Assembly: GCA_012271015.1 (NCBI GenBank)
Contig: JAAXHD010000315.1
Location: forward strand, 26,762-90,761
Length of the DNA stretch: 64,000 bases
Reading direction: 5' to 3'
Origin: Candidatus Poribacteria bacterium
GTDB taxonomy: Bacteria > Poribacteria > WGA-4E > WGA-3G
The translations under genes and the position numbers were made by a program. A model generated the notes under the pieces. The model worked only from the letters and a program-made list of their open reading frames with translations. It made no database searches and was not told the origin of the DNA. Positions 10,326 to 18,819 of this stretch are shown here, piece after piece. How positions within the stretch are numbered: the stretch's first letter is position 1; each line of letters opens with the position of its first letter.

Positions 10326-11453
10326 TCATCCGAACAGATATTTTTCCACAACGTCTTCACGCACCGTGACGCCCAGTCCGGGGACATTTCGGATAGCGAC
10401 ATAACCCTCCGCTTGTACCCACGGATCGCTGACCAATTCATGCTGCATTGGGGATTCGTGGGGCTTAAAATCCGTACAATCCGCATGCGGTGAACTCGCG
10501 AGCATGTGCAGACTCGCCGCGGTATTCAAGGCACTACTCCATGAATGCGCACTGAACAGAAGATTCTCTGCCTCAACGAGTTTGATAACATGTCGACTGC
10601 CGGTAAGCCCATGGCAACGCCCCGGATCAATCTGTACGATATCGACACCACCCGACTGGATGAGCCGTTTGTAACTTTCGATATCCCACTCATCCTCACC
10701 TGTCCCGATGGGTGTCATGACCGCTGCCCGCAGCTGCGCATACGCGTCAAAGTTTTGGGGTGGTAGGGGTTGCTCAATCCATTTGAGTCGATAGGGTTCC
10801 AGATCCCGGAAGCGTTGAATCGCTGTTGGGACATCCCAAATGCGACGGTGACCGGGTGTATCAATGACAAACTCAAGTTCGTCCCCGATCACTTCACGCA
10901 CGCGACGAATCATCTCAACATCCCGCTGACGATCAAGACCGAATACCGCCTCTGGTCGCATTCCCCAACCGCCTTTAACGACGCGGTAGTTCTGTTCTCG
11001 CAACCCCCGAAATTCGTTGAGCGTCCAATCTAAGTCTTCCATATCGAAGATGATCGATGCCATTGCAACGATTTTGTCGTGGATCTGCCCCCCAAGGAGT
11101 TGGCAGGCAGGCAAGCCGAGTGCCTTGCCTTTTAAATCCCATAACGCCATATCCACAGCACTGACAGCGAATGCGGCGATGCCTTCAGGACCATACCACC
11201 AGATGTGGTCGATCATTTTATGCCAGTGCCGTTCCACATCTAAAGCATCTTCACCCGTAAGCATTGGTGCAAATCCCTGCTCAATTATTATCTTTGTTGC
11301 GAGTGTTGCTTCTCGAAACTGTGAGATACACTCCCCCCACCCCACGATACCGTCGTCGCTCTCCACGCGAGCGAGCGTGATGTAACGTTCGATACCTTTG
11401 TAGTGTGGCTCTGGATAGGCAAGTGGAAATGCCTGAATTTTTTTAATTTTCAT
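10326..11453 (-). CDS. enolase-superfamily enzyme (mandelate racemase/muconate lactonizing family)
   Basis: MKIKKIQAFPL, GWGEC, acidic ligand blocks VIDTPGH, WIEQPL, GTGEDEW. Its start overlaps the stop of the upstream gene by 11 nt. Confidence 0.8.
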   Translation of the reverse strand: MKIKKIQAFPLAYPEPHYKGIERYITLARVESDDGIVGWGECISQFREATLATKIIIEQGFAPMLTGEDALDVERHWHKMIDHIWWYGPEGIAAFAVSAVDMALWDLKGKALGLPACQLLGGQIHDKIVAMASIIFDMEDLDWTLNEFRGLREQNYRVVKGGWGMRPEAVFGLDRQRDVEMIRRVREVIGDELEFVIDTPGHRRIWDVPTAIQRFRDLEPYRLKWIEQPLPPQNFDAYAQLRAAVMTPIGTGEDEWDIESYKRLIQSGGVDIVQIDPGRCHGLTGSRHVIKLVEAENLLFSAHSWSSALNTAASLHMLASSPHADCTDFKPHESPMQHELVSDPWVQAEGYVAIRNVPGLGVTVREDVVEKYLFG

Positions 11454-13059
11454 TGATTGTTATTGGAATGTAATAGAACCCGAACATGATACACATCTCG
11501 TCTTCAGATGTTAATCCGTATTGGATGCGTGCATCTGTATCGTAGTTTGAATGGGTGCACTGGAAACGGAGTCCATCGCCTTGCGTAAATTTCAAGGGTG
11601 GATCGAACATATCAAGCGGTGCGTTATCGTAAGCGACGCTCCGATGTAATAACTCGCCTGTGGAAATCCGATAGATTTCAAAAAGTTCGCCGTGACGATG
11701 CATGTGGGAGGTCAGTTGAAAAACGTTGAGTTCTGTAACGTCTGGGTATCCGACTAGTCCCAACAGGCTTACCGTATTTGAAAAGAGCCACTCATCTTCG
11801 ATCACGCGGGTTGTTCCGGGGGGAACATCGATGTCTTTGTTAGACACAGCCAAACCTCTTGCTTCGTATTTCACTTCTTCTGGCGGAAGTGTGTAAAGGT
11901 TGACATAAGTTTCACCGATGAGGGTTTCTGTTCCGAGTAAATTGACGTAGTGTGAGTTCATGTCGAAGAGGGTGTCGCCTGCTATGCGGAGTGCTACACC
12001 TTCGGGGAATCGGATTGCGGTTTCAGCACGCTGCGATCCGATGACGGGTAAACGATCGAATTGCGCGACATGCCCGGTAGCTTGCGGGTTTTCTGGATTC
12101 ACAACTCTGAAAGTATCTTGTGGGTTGACACCTACGCCTGAGACGCTGCCTTTCTCAAGGAGCCCGCGCTGCAATCCGAGCCTTGTGGCGCGATAAAGGA
12201 TGAAATGATGACTGCCTGTTGGGTAGAAGATGTCAAAGCCGTTGATGAAAATATCACCTTGTGGAGGCTGTCCATTCTCATCGGTGATTTGGGTTGCGTA
12301 AAAGACTTCGCGTTCTGTTCCGGGTTGAATCTTAAAGGGGGGTAAATGGAGCTGATATCCCTGTCCGGGCGGTGGGGACGCGGGTGCTTCAAAAGTTTCC
12401 TCTGGGTCGCGAAGCACGGCGAGGTCTCCGATGCCGGCAAGTTTTTCTTTTTCAGGTGCGCCTGCGGCGATCCACGTCCGAATGGCTGCGATTTTTCCAT
12501 CATGGAGTCGGCCTGCAGCAAAGGGCATGCGTGCACCGAGCTCGGGGGTTGTCGGGCCCATGAGTTTGGTCAAAAGAAAACTGTTCTCTGGGGTGCCGGG
12601 GTCAACCAGCTTCATTCCTGCTGCCGCCGCGGCGGGGTTGCGAGGTGTTTTGCCAACTAAATTCTGATAGGAGTGATCATAGGCGAGATTCAAGCCACCG
12701 GCGTTTGCAGGCGTACCATGACAGGCAGAATTAACACAACTTTTATCGAAGATATAATCCTGTATTTCATGATAGGTAGAATCATCATATTTTGGTGTTT
12801 CGCCAAACCTGTTGCTGACGCGCACGAGGTCTAAGACATTGATATTTCCGTCTCGATTGACATCCGGATTGTGCTCAGCGTTATGGTCTACGGGGAGTCC
12901 GAAGGCAGCAGCGACAAACACCAAGTCTTGAATGTTGACGGTCCCGTCTTTGTTGACGTCTTCCAGAAGTGGGGAGGTGTCATCATGTCCGAATGTCGAA
13001 AAGAGTAAACCTGTTATGATAACAAGGGTAAGTGTCGTGTAAATCAATTGTTTTAGCAT
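11443..13059 (-). CDS. secreted/anchored copper type II monooxygenase-like (PHM/DBH-like) protein with dockerin-type repeats and a Cys-His heme-like motif
   Basis: N-terminal hydrophobic segment. Two dockerin-like repeats (DVNKDGTVNIQDLVFVAAAFG, DVNRDGNINVLDLVRVSNRFG). CVNSACHG followed by GGLNL...PGTPENSFL. C-terminal half has HH (GSHHFILY), H-x-H (SHMHRHG) and EMC (SEDEMCIMFGFYY), arranged as in the PHM copper sites. Confidence 0.5.
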   Translation of the reverse strand: MLKQLIYTTLTLVIITGLLFSTFGHDDTSPLLEDVNKDGTVNIQDLVFVAAAFGLPVDHNAEHNPDVNRDGNINVLDLVRVSNRFGETPKYDDSTYHEIQDYIFDKSCVNSACHGTPANAGGLNLAYDHSYQNLVGKTPRNPAAAAAGMKLVDPGTPENSFLLTKLMGPTTPELGARMPFAAGRLHDGKIAAIRTWIAAGAPEKEKLAGIGDLAVLRDPEETFEAPASPPPGQGYQLHLPPFKIQPGTEREVFYATQITDENGQPPQGDIFINGFDIFYPTGSHHFILYRATRLGLQRGLLEKGSVSGVGVNPQDTFRVVNPENPQATGHVAQFDRLPVIGSQRAETAIRFPEGVALRIAGDTLFDMNSHYVNLLGTETLIGETYVNLYTLPPEEVKYEARGLAVSNKDIDVPPGTTRVIEDEWLFSNTVSLLGLVGYPDVTELNVFQLTSHMHRHGELFEIYRISTGELLHRSVAYDNAPLDMFDPPLKFTQGDGLRFQCTHSNYDTDARIQYGLTSEDEMCIMFGFYYIPITINEN

Positions 13060-13116
13060 TGGATTTTAGCCTCCGAAAGTAATTTGAAGTCGGGTGCGTT
13101 TATTTTTTAAAATTAA

Positions 13117-13239
13117 TAGGACTTACGCCTGCTTCTTTTTTGTAGCGGAACCTGTTAGGGTGGGTTTCCACGAGAGTATTTGTATTTTTTTAAGGATCCC
13201 TCTCAAAGCGCGTGCTGCGATCAAAACTGCGTAAGTCCT
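13117..13239. repeat. MITE-like element, TAGGACTTACGC family (copy 1)
   Basis: Termini TAGGACTTACGC ... GCGTAAGTCCT are inverted repeats. The interior (TGTAGCGGAACCTGTTAGGGTGGG...GCGCGTGCTGCGATCAAAACT) is near-identical to the copy at 14731-14857. Confidence 0.7.
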
Positions 13240-13430
13240 GATTAACTTGGATTCTGTCCTATAAGGCGCAAACTATGGTAGATTTTAGAATGAATTGGAG
13301 ATTACGATTGGCGGGGTTAGGAACCTCGCCAGCAGCGGTAGAGTCCTATTGTTTTAGTGGTCCATTGAAATGCCTATCTATTTTTCGGATTCACTATAAA
13401 AGTTTGTGCTACAAATATGGAACCGACGCT

Positions 13431-14477
13431 TCATAATACTGCCATCTCCGCGTTTTCAAAATTTCGCTGGTAATATTTCATGTACTGTACCTTTTTCTCA
13501 AGTGCCTGAATGACAGCGATGCTGAAATTCACCTTCTCAAACTTCCGCGCGCTTCCTAACCCACCCGGGCTGAACAGATTAATCTCTATGAGCTTGTCTC
13601 CGACAATATCTAAACCGACGAGGAACATACCGTCTTGCACGAGTCTGGGACGTACCATTTCGGCAAGTTCAAGAATTGTACCAGTGATTTTCGCTTGTTG
13701 GAGTTCGCCACCTGCCTGGATGTTGCTCCGCATGTCGCCACCGGTGCGGACCCGATGGAAACAAGCATATTTACCGCGATACCGTAACGGCACGCCGTTC
13801 ATGAGAAACAGACGCGTGTCTCCCTCTTCGGCTGCGGGAAGGTATTCTTGGGCGATGACATATCCGTCCCGACTCACGGCATCAATCATCTGATTGATGT
13901 TGGGAAGGTCATCAGGTCTCATAAGAAAGACGCTTTGCCCCCCGGAGCCTTGTAGCGGTTTTAAGACGATTGTTCCGCCTTGTGCTTTCGCAAATGCTTT
14001 GATTTCGTCTCGGTCGCGGGTAATTAGGGTCCGGGGTCGGACTTGCTCAGGAAAGTACTGGAAGTACATTTTGTTGAGTGCTTTTGCGAGTCCGTTAGGG
14101 TCGTTAAGAACGATAACGCCTTTTTGCATGGCGACTCTTCCGAAAACGGTTCCCATATTTTGTGCCCAAGGTCGATTGACAGCATCGTCAACAGGGTTGT
14201 TGCGTAGCAACAAGACATCGAGTTCATCGACGGTAATACGCACTGTTTTTGCGCGCTCGCTTTGCAGGTCATTAAAGTAGGTTTGCAGCGACTTATAATT
14301 GCATCGGAGTGCCCTGCGTGCCCGTGCGCGGATATGTTCATCTGGATCGTAGGCGAGATCTCCGACGGGTATCATCCATGCTTGATGTCCCATGTTAGTT
14401 GCCTGCATGGCGAGTTGCGTTGTCGTGAACCCTGGGCGTTCGGTTTCTAATTTATTGATGATAAATCCAATTTTCAT
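13431..14477 (-). CDS. glutathione-synthetase-like ATP-grasp ligase
   Basis: MKIGFIINKLE... N-domain resembles the prokaryotic GshB N-terminus. C-terminal ATP-grasp blocks are GGTIVLKPLQGSGGQSVF and GLDIVGDKLIEINLFSPGG. The ORF-track start is TTG; ATG at 14475-14477 is preferred. Confidence 0.6.
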   Translation of the reverse strand: MKIGFIINKLETERPGFTTTQLAMQATNMGHQAWMIPVGDLAYDPDEHIRARARRALRCNYKSLQTYFNDLQSERAKTVRITVDELDVLLLRNNPVDDAVNRPWAQNMGTVFGRVAMQKGVIVLNDPNGLAKALNKMYFQYFPEQVRPRTLITRDRDEIKAFAKAQGGTIVLKPLQGSGGQSVFLMRPDDLPNINQMIDAVSRDGYVIAQEYLPAAEEGDTRLFLMNGVPLRYRGKYACFHRVRTGGDMRSNIQAGGELQQAKITGTILELAEMVRPRLVQDGMFLVGLDIVGDKLIEINLFSPGGLGSARKFEKVNFSIAVIQALEKKVQYMKYYQRNFENAEMAVL

Positions 14478-14730
14478 TGCGGTCAAATTTTGCTACTCCA
14501 GTCGACGAAATATCTTCTCAATTATGATAATATTTTTTCCCCCAAAAAATCAAGCAATAACACAACGCAAGTTCCACCTTTGAATATCACGCTGTTAGAT
14601 TGGGTTTCCTGTGGAACGTAAACTGAAAGTTTGCGTTACAAAGCACAGCAAATATGGTCTACTTGAACGTGCGATAAGTCGCACTCTTACGAGCATATCT
14701 CAAAATTCAAAGTAGCGTGGGGCTTATAAA

Positions 14731-14857
14731 TAGGACTTACGCCTGCTTCTCTTTTGTAGCAGAACCTGTTAGGTTGGGCCACGAGAGCATTTGTGCTTTC
14801 TTTTTTTAGGAGTCTCCCTCTCACAGCGCGTGCTGCGATCAAAACTGCGTAAGTCCT
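14731..14857. repeat. MITE-like element, TAGGACTTACGC family (copy 2, same orientation as copy 1)
   Basis: Same termini and interior as 13117-13239, with a few substitutions and indels. Confidence 0.7.
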
Positions 14858-14951
14858 GATAAATACAATTTTGTCTTACCCGACCGCGGATCTGGTAAAT
14901 TGGGGTTGCAAACCCCTCCCACGATTTATGAGATAGGTTATAGATGAAGCA

Positions 14952-16970
14952 CTACGGCCAAATTCCATACGTCGGTATATTAAACACCATGCCCAATATT
15001 GTCCACAGACTCCCAACGGTGAATTGCCCCAATATTAATCCCAGAAAGAACGGCATCGCCCTTCGATGGGCATTCCGTCCACCGTATTTCAGTAGAACCA
15101 ATTTCAGCACCCACACGATCCCTAAACTAAACCAGATGTAGTTGACCGCCCAACTCCCACACACGGCGGCATACGCTGCGGGATGGAAAGGGAACCAGAA
15201 AAACTTCATTCGCATCAACATAAGGAAAAGCGCGAACAACAAGCCAATTCCGGTAAACCCTAACGCCCAATAGTCCGGCGGAAGCGGATGTGCTAACCAT
15301 CTTTGCAGCTGCGTCCACGGTTCAGACCCGTATATGATTGGCACGCGGGACATCTCGTGTAAAGCACCGAGCCGATAGGGTATAGATATAAGTGCCCAAA
15401 ATTGCGAAACGATGCCGACAAACAGTGCAATAAGGATTGCAAATAGCATAAAACGACTCTGGATTCCTGACGTTGCGGCGAGTTTGAAACCTTCAAGTTG
15501 GTGGGGCATCGGATGCGAATCGAAGGTACGCGTAAAAAACCAGAAAAAAGAGAACATCGAAAGATTATTCGGTCCCAGCGGACGCGTGCCTAAAGCGGCA
15601 ACCATGACCCGTTCGGGGCCTGTATAGTGCAAGTCGTGCATTGGCGATCCGAGTTCGGCTCGCATTCGGGAAACCGCCGTTGAAAAGGCGAAATAGAGTC
15701 CAAAAAAGACGAGAATCGCCCAGAGCGACATACCCGCTCTCAAACAGAAAAAGGTCAGAAACGCGACACCAGCAATAAGTGCAAGGACAAGGATCAGGGG
15801 GGACATCGGTTTTTTAATTATACCTTGCGGTTCGTTCTGGCGAATGTGTGTCTTCACGGGACTCCCCGTAGATCCGCCCTCCACTTCGTTACGAGCTACA
15901 GATTGCGGGCTATTGTCATTAAGAAAGTCGGTTTTCGATCCCAGCAAACTCTGTAGGTAACGCCGACCTCTCCACAAGGCAATCAGGAAGATACCCATAT
16001 ACGCGCCAAATCCCTGATAGTTGACGTAAGGATACCCCGTCCCTTCCAAACCCATAATACTTCCAACGACCTGTTGCCCCTTCCACACCCAAAAGAAGAA
16101 CCATGTCGAAAACAGCAGATCCAACGGAATCAGAAATCCGATACCTAAAACAAAAGGGTAAATCCCCAATCGCAGCCACTCCATTGCGGCGAAGGGTTTC
16201 TCTGTGAATCTGAAACGGTATGCTTTCTCGTATACGGAGGGTATCGCAGGGAAAACGTGGTGGAGACCGTTAACGACATCGAGAGCCACTGTCAGTCCAA
16301 AAGCGAGCCACATCAGCCGATTCGTAAAGAAACCGTCGCTGGTCATCCGAGCCGGAAGTTGGATAATCGGATACGCCAGTTTCTCATCTTCCGTCCACGG
16401 TCTCCGCACGATGACGGTGATACAAACCATAACAAACAGCATGGTAAAGAGGAAGGCGGACCAATTCAGCACAGGTGTTAACCAACCCAACAGATGCTGC
16501 TTTGTGTGCAGCGTAGAATCTCCCTCATAGTAGCCCGAAAGAACGCCTTTGTCCGACACGGCAAGCCAACTCGGGATATACCGCCAAAACAGATCTTTCC
16601 AATCGTTTTCTGGCGTTGCGAACCAGAAAGCGTGCCCCAATGTGGAGACCAAAATCTCCATCATGCTATGTCCCGCAGTAGCCGATGCAACCGATAACAT
16701 CACATAGATGACCAGGAGTTCACCTTGAGATAGTACTAGTCGAGGCAGGAACCGCTTGAATACTTGGTTGAGCCCGATCAGCACAAGCACATTGAAAACA
16801 ACCGTAAAAATAAGCGAGACGATGGTAGGTTGTGCGGAATATTGGACGAGTTCAATATAGGTAATCCAATAACAATTGATCGGGATGAGCAGAAGTCCAA
16901 TGACTATAGACCGCCAGCCGACGGATGAGGGCGGTTTTGATGGGGATAGGGTCGATTTCGTGTGCGGCAT
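14952..16970 (-). CDS. large polytopic membrane protein of unknown function (paralog of 37964-39886)
   Basis: 672 aa, many hydrophobic spans. Shared blocks with the paralog: FATPENDWKDLFWRYIPSW vs FATPENEWRSLFFQYIPEW, YEG, FVMVC, QLP, and C-terminal FFLGLILGQFTVGSLW vs LFLGLILGEMTCAGLW. Confidence 0.7.
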   Translation of the reverse strand: MPHTKSTLSPSKPPSSVGWRSIVIGLLLIPINCYWITYIELVQYSAQPTIVSLIFTVVFNVLVLIGLNQVFKRFLPRLVLSQGELLVIYVMLSVASATAGHSMMEILVSTLGHAFWFATPENDWKDLFWRYIPSWLAVSDKGVLSGYYEGDSTLHTKQHLLGWLTPVLNWSAFLFTMLFVMVCITVIVRRPWTEDEKLAYPIIQLPARMTSDGFFTNRLMWLAFGLTVALDVVNGLHHVFPAIPSVYEKAYRFRFTEKPFAAMEWLRLGIYPFVLGIGFLIPLDLLFSTWFFFWVWKGQQVVGSIMGLEGTGYPYVNYQGFGAYMGIFLIALWRGRRYLQSLLGSKTDFLNDNSPQSVARNEVEGGSTGSPVKTHIRQNEPQGIIKKPMSPLILVLALIAGVAFLTFFCLRAGMSLWAILVFFGLYFAFSTAVSRMRAELGSPMHDLHYTGPERVMVAALGTRPLGPNNLSMFSFFWFFTRTFDSHPMPHQLEGFKLAATSGIQSRFMLFAILIALFVGIVSQFWALISIPYRLGALHEMSRVPIIYGSEPWTQLQRWLAHPLPPDYWALGFTGIGLLFALFLMLMRMKFFWFPFHPAAYAAVCGSWAVNYIWFSLGIVWVLKLVLLKYGGRNAHRRAMPFFLGLILGQFTVGSLWTILGMVFNIPTYGIWP

Positions 16971-17008
16971 TTCGGATCTGTTTTAGAAATCCTGATCCAT
17001 AAATAAAT

Positions 17009-17176
17009 GGGACTTACGCAATCCGCGTAGGTTGGGTAGAGCAGTGAATGACCAAGAATCCTTCAATTTACCAAGAAAAGCCTACTTTGCAATGACACAT
17101 TCATGAATATAAACACAGCGAAACCCAACAATCCAACGCCGCCCATGTGAGAATGTTTTGGGTTTTCACCTACGCG
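17009..17176. repeat. structured repeat, GTAGGTTGGGT family (copy 1), preceded by a solo GGGACTTACGC terminus
   Basis: 17009-17019 is a half terminus of the TAGGACTTACGC family. 17024-17176 has 9-bp terminal inverted repeats CGCGTAGGT/ACCTACGCG and an internal hairpin GAAACCCAACA...TGTTTTGGGTTTTC. Confidence 0.6.
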
Positions 17177-17177
17177 C

Positions 17178-17996
17178 TTATGTCAAACTCACGTTACTAC
17201 TATGCGAAAAAACCAATGGCAGATGTTCATCGTCCGCCAACACGTCGCCAGTCTTCAACTTCGCAAACACTTCATCGGGCAGCGCGCTTTTCTTCCCATT
17301 GAATGTGGCATCTTCCGGCATAAATAGCATTGCAAACGCACGACGGGGATGCGTCGTCATATTCGGTCCCGCCGCATGCGCGACCATCCCACTGATGAAC
17401 ACACCGGCTCCGGCTTTCATCTCAGCGGCGTAAGGTTCAATCTCCGCCCACTCTGGATATTCACGGAACAGTTCGCCGACTCCCGTCTGTCCGAGGATTC
17501 CACCAATTTCAAAGTTGCTCGTTTTGTGTGTACCGGGCAGAAAATACAAACAACCGTTCTGGACTGTTGTATCGTCGAGGGCTATCCAAAACATGATCGC
17601 TTGATGTGAATAGAATGGGTCATAAGGATTATCGACATGGAAGTTCGTTGGATTTGCCCAGGGTTGTTTAACCATGGCGTGGTCGTGATACAATCGCACG
17701 CCCGAAGTGCCAGCGATATCTGCTGCCAGTCTACCCAACTCAGGATCGAGAATCAACTGTTTAATCTTCTCGCTCGTCTTCCACAAATTGACGCATTGCA
17801 CGAAGACATTCTTGTAGTAATTGTCTTTTCCCTTCTGATTGTGGTAGGTATCATCACGCTTCATAAATTGCGCGACAGCCTCGTCAACAGCATCCTGCCA
17901 CGATGACAACTCGGCACCGTTCAAGAAATCGTCAATAACCAGAAACCCATTTTCACGGTAAAATTCAATCTGCTCACTCGTAACGTGTGTGTTCAT
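17178..17996 (-). CDS. phytanoyl-CoA dioxygenase (PhyH) family Fe(II)/2OG oxygenase
   Basis: IEFYRENGFLVIDDFL, H-x-D in TNFHVDNPYD, distal His in GMVAHAAGPN. The first 51 aa of the ORF-track translation lie inside a repeat element, so ATG at 17994-17996 (MNTHV...) is preferred. Confidence 0.8.
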   Translation of the reverse strand: MNTHVTSEQIEFYRENGFLVIDDFLNGAELSSWQDAVDEAVAQFMKRDDTYHNQKGKDNYYKNVFVQCVNLWKTSEKIKQLILDPELGRLAADIAGTSGVRLYHDHAMVKQPWANPTNFHVDNPYDPFYSHQAIMFWIALDDTTVQNGCLYFLPGTHKTSNFEIGGILGQTGVGELFREYPEWAEIEPYAAEMKAGAGVFISGMVAHAAGPNMTTHPRRAFAMLFMPEDATFNGKKSALPDEVFAKLKTGDVLADDEHLPLVFSHSSNVSLT

Positions 17997-18045
17997 TTTT
18001 TTTTGCCGATTACGTGAGTAAGAAAATAAAAATCCAAGTGTAAAC

Positions 18046-18277
18046 GTAGGTTGGGTAGAGCGGTGAAACTCCAAAAGCATTTTATTTCTACGGAGGATCC
18101 TACTTTTCAATGATCCGTGCATATGAATAGGTATAGCGAAACCCAACAATTTAAGTGCTATCGGTATAAGAATGTGTTGGGTTTCACTTGCCCTTTGGTG
18201 GTTTCAGGTTTATAGATGAACTTGAAGCCTATTTCTTTGTAAAATTTTTTAGTAGATTCCCGTTCAACCCAACCTAC
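18046..18277. repeat. structured repeat, GTAGGTTGGGT family (copy 2, direct orientation)
   Basis: 11-bp terminal inverted repeats GTAGGTTGGGT/ACCCAACCTAC. It shares CGTAGGTTGGGTAGAGCRGTGAA, CCTACTTTKCAATGA, AGCGAAACCCAACAAT and TGTTGGGTTTCAC blocks with 17024-17176. Confidence 0.6.
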
Positions 18278-18681
18278 ATAATGTGAGTTTGATAGAGGCG
18301 ATATTTTCCGCGGCTGACCCGGTAATATCTATCCTCCGAAGATTCGGGATGATAATGATGATCGCGTGAAGGGTGATTCACACAGTCTGAGATGATCTGA
18401 GCCTCCACGTTCCTCTCTTTGAAGTTAGGATACCTCCTCAAACAGACCGATTTAATATTTTGGTTTGTGAATACAACATTTTCATCTCCGTCTGTGAATT
18501 CCAGTACGGCCTGCCAAACAACCTCTTTTACCGGATGACCCGTCCAAAGTGCTGTACTGACATATCTACGAACGTGAAAACGGATGTCCGAACAATTCGG
18601 ATTCGACGGATGACGTACTTCTGGTGGCAATCTACCATAATGCTTATGTTTGATAAACTTGTTCCGGAAGGTCACGGTCAT
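18274..18681 (-). CDS. hypothetical protein
   Basis: 135-aa ORF in an AT-richer stretch. No family recognised. The C-terminal ...RYYRVSRGKYRLYQ is reminiscent of winged-helix tails, which is only an impression. Confidence 0.35.
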   Translation of the reverse strand: MTVTFRNKFIKHKHYGRLPPEVRHPSNPNCSDIRFHVRRYVSTALWTGHPVKEVVWQAVLEFTDGDENVVFTNQNIKSVCLRRYPNFKERNVEAQIISDCVNHPSRDHHYHPESSEDRYYRVSRGKYRLYQTHIM

Positions 18682-18819
18682 TAACAGAGGGCTTTCCTGC
18701 GTAGGTCTTGAATATTAATTCTGCCGCAATTTCTGGTGTAAAAGGCTTATCCTGATGTTCATAAGTTTTATTCATTATTTTTCATCCCTCTCATTCTGAC
18801 TACTGGAAGGTAATTGGAC

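Noticed and set aside
17997-18149. N-terminal extensions of ORF-track entries. This one applies to the PhyH gene; similar cases are 24258-24293, 21366-21440, 32963-33052, 2657-2836, 5605-5640, 5692-5760 and 51934-51966.
   Set aside because: The extensions run into repeats, neighbouring genes or promoter regions. They lack homology to paralogs, and internal ATGs with good Shine-Dalgarno sequences match the paralog N-termini or signal peptides.
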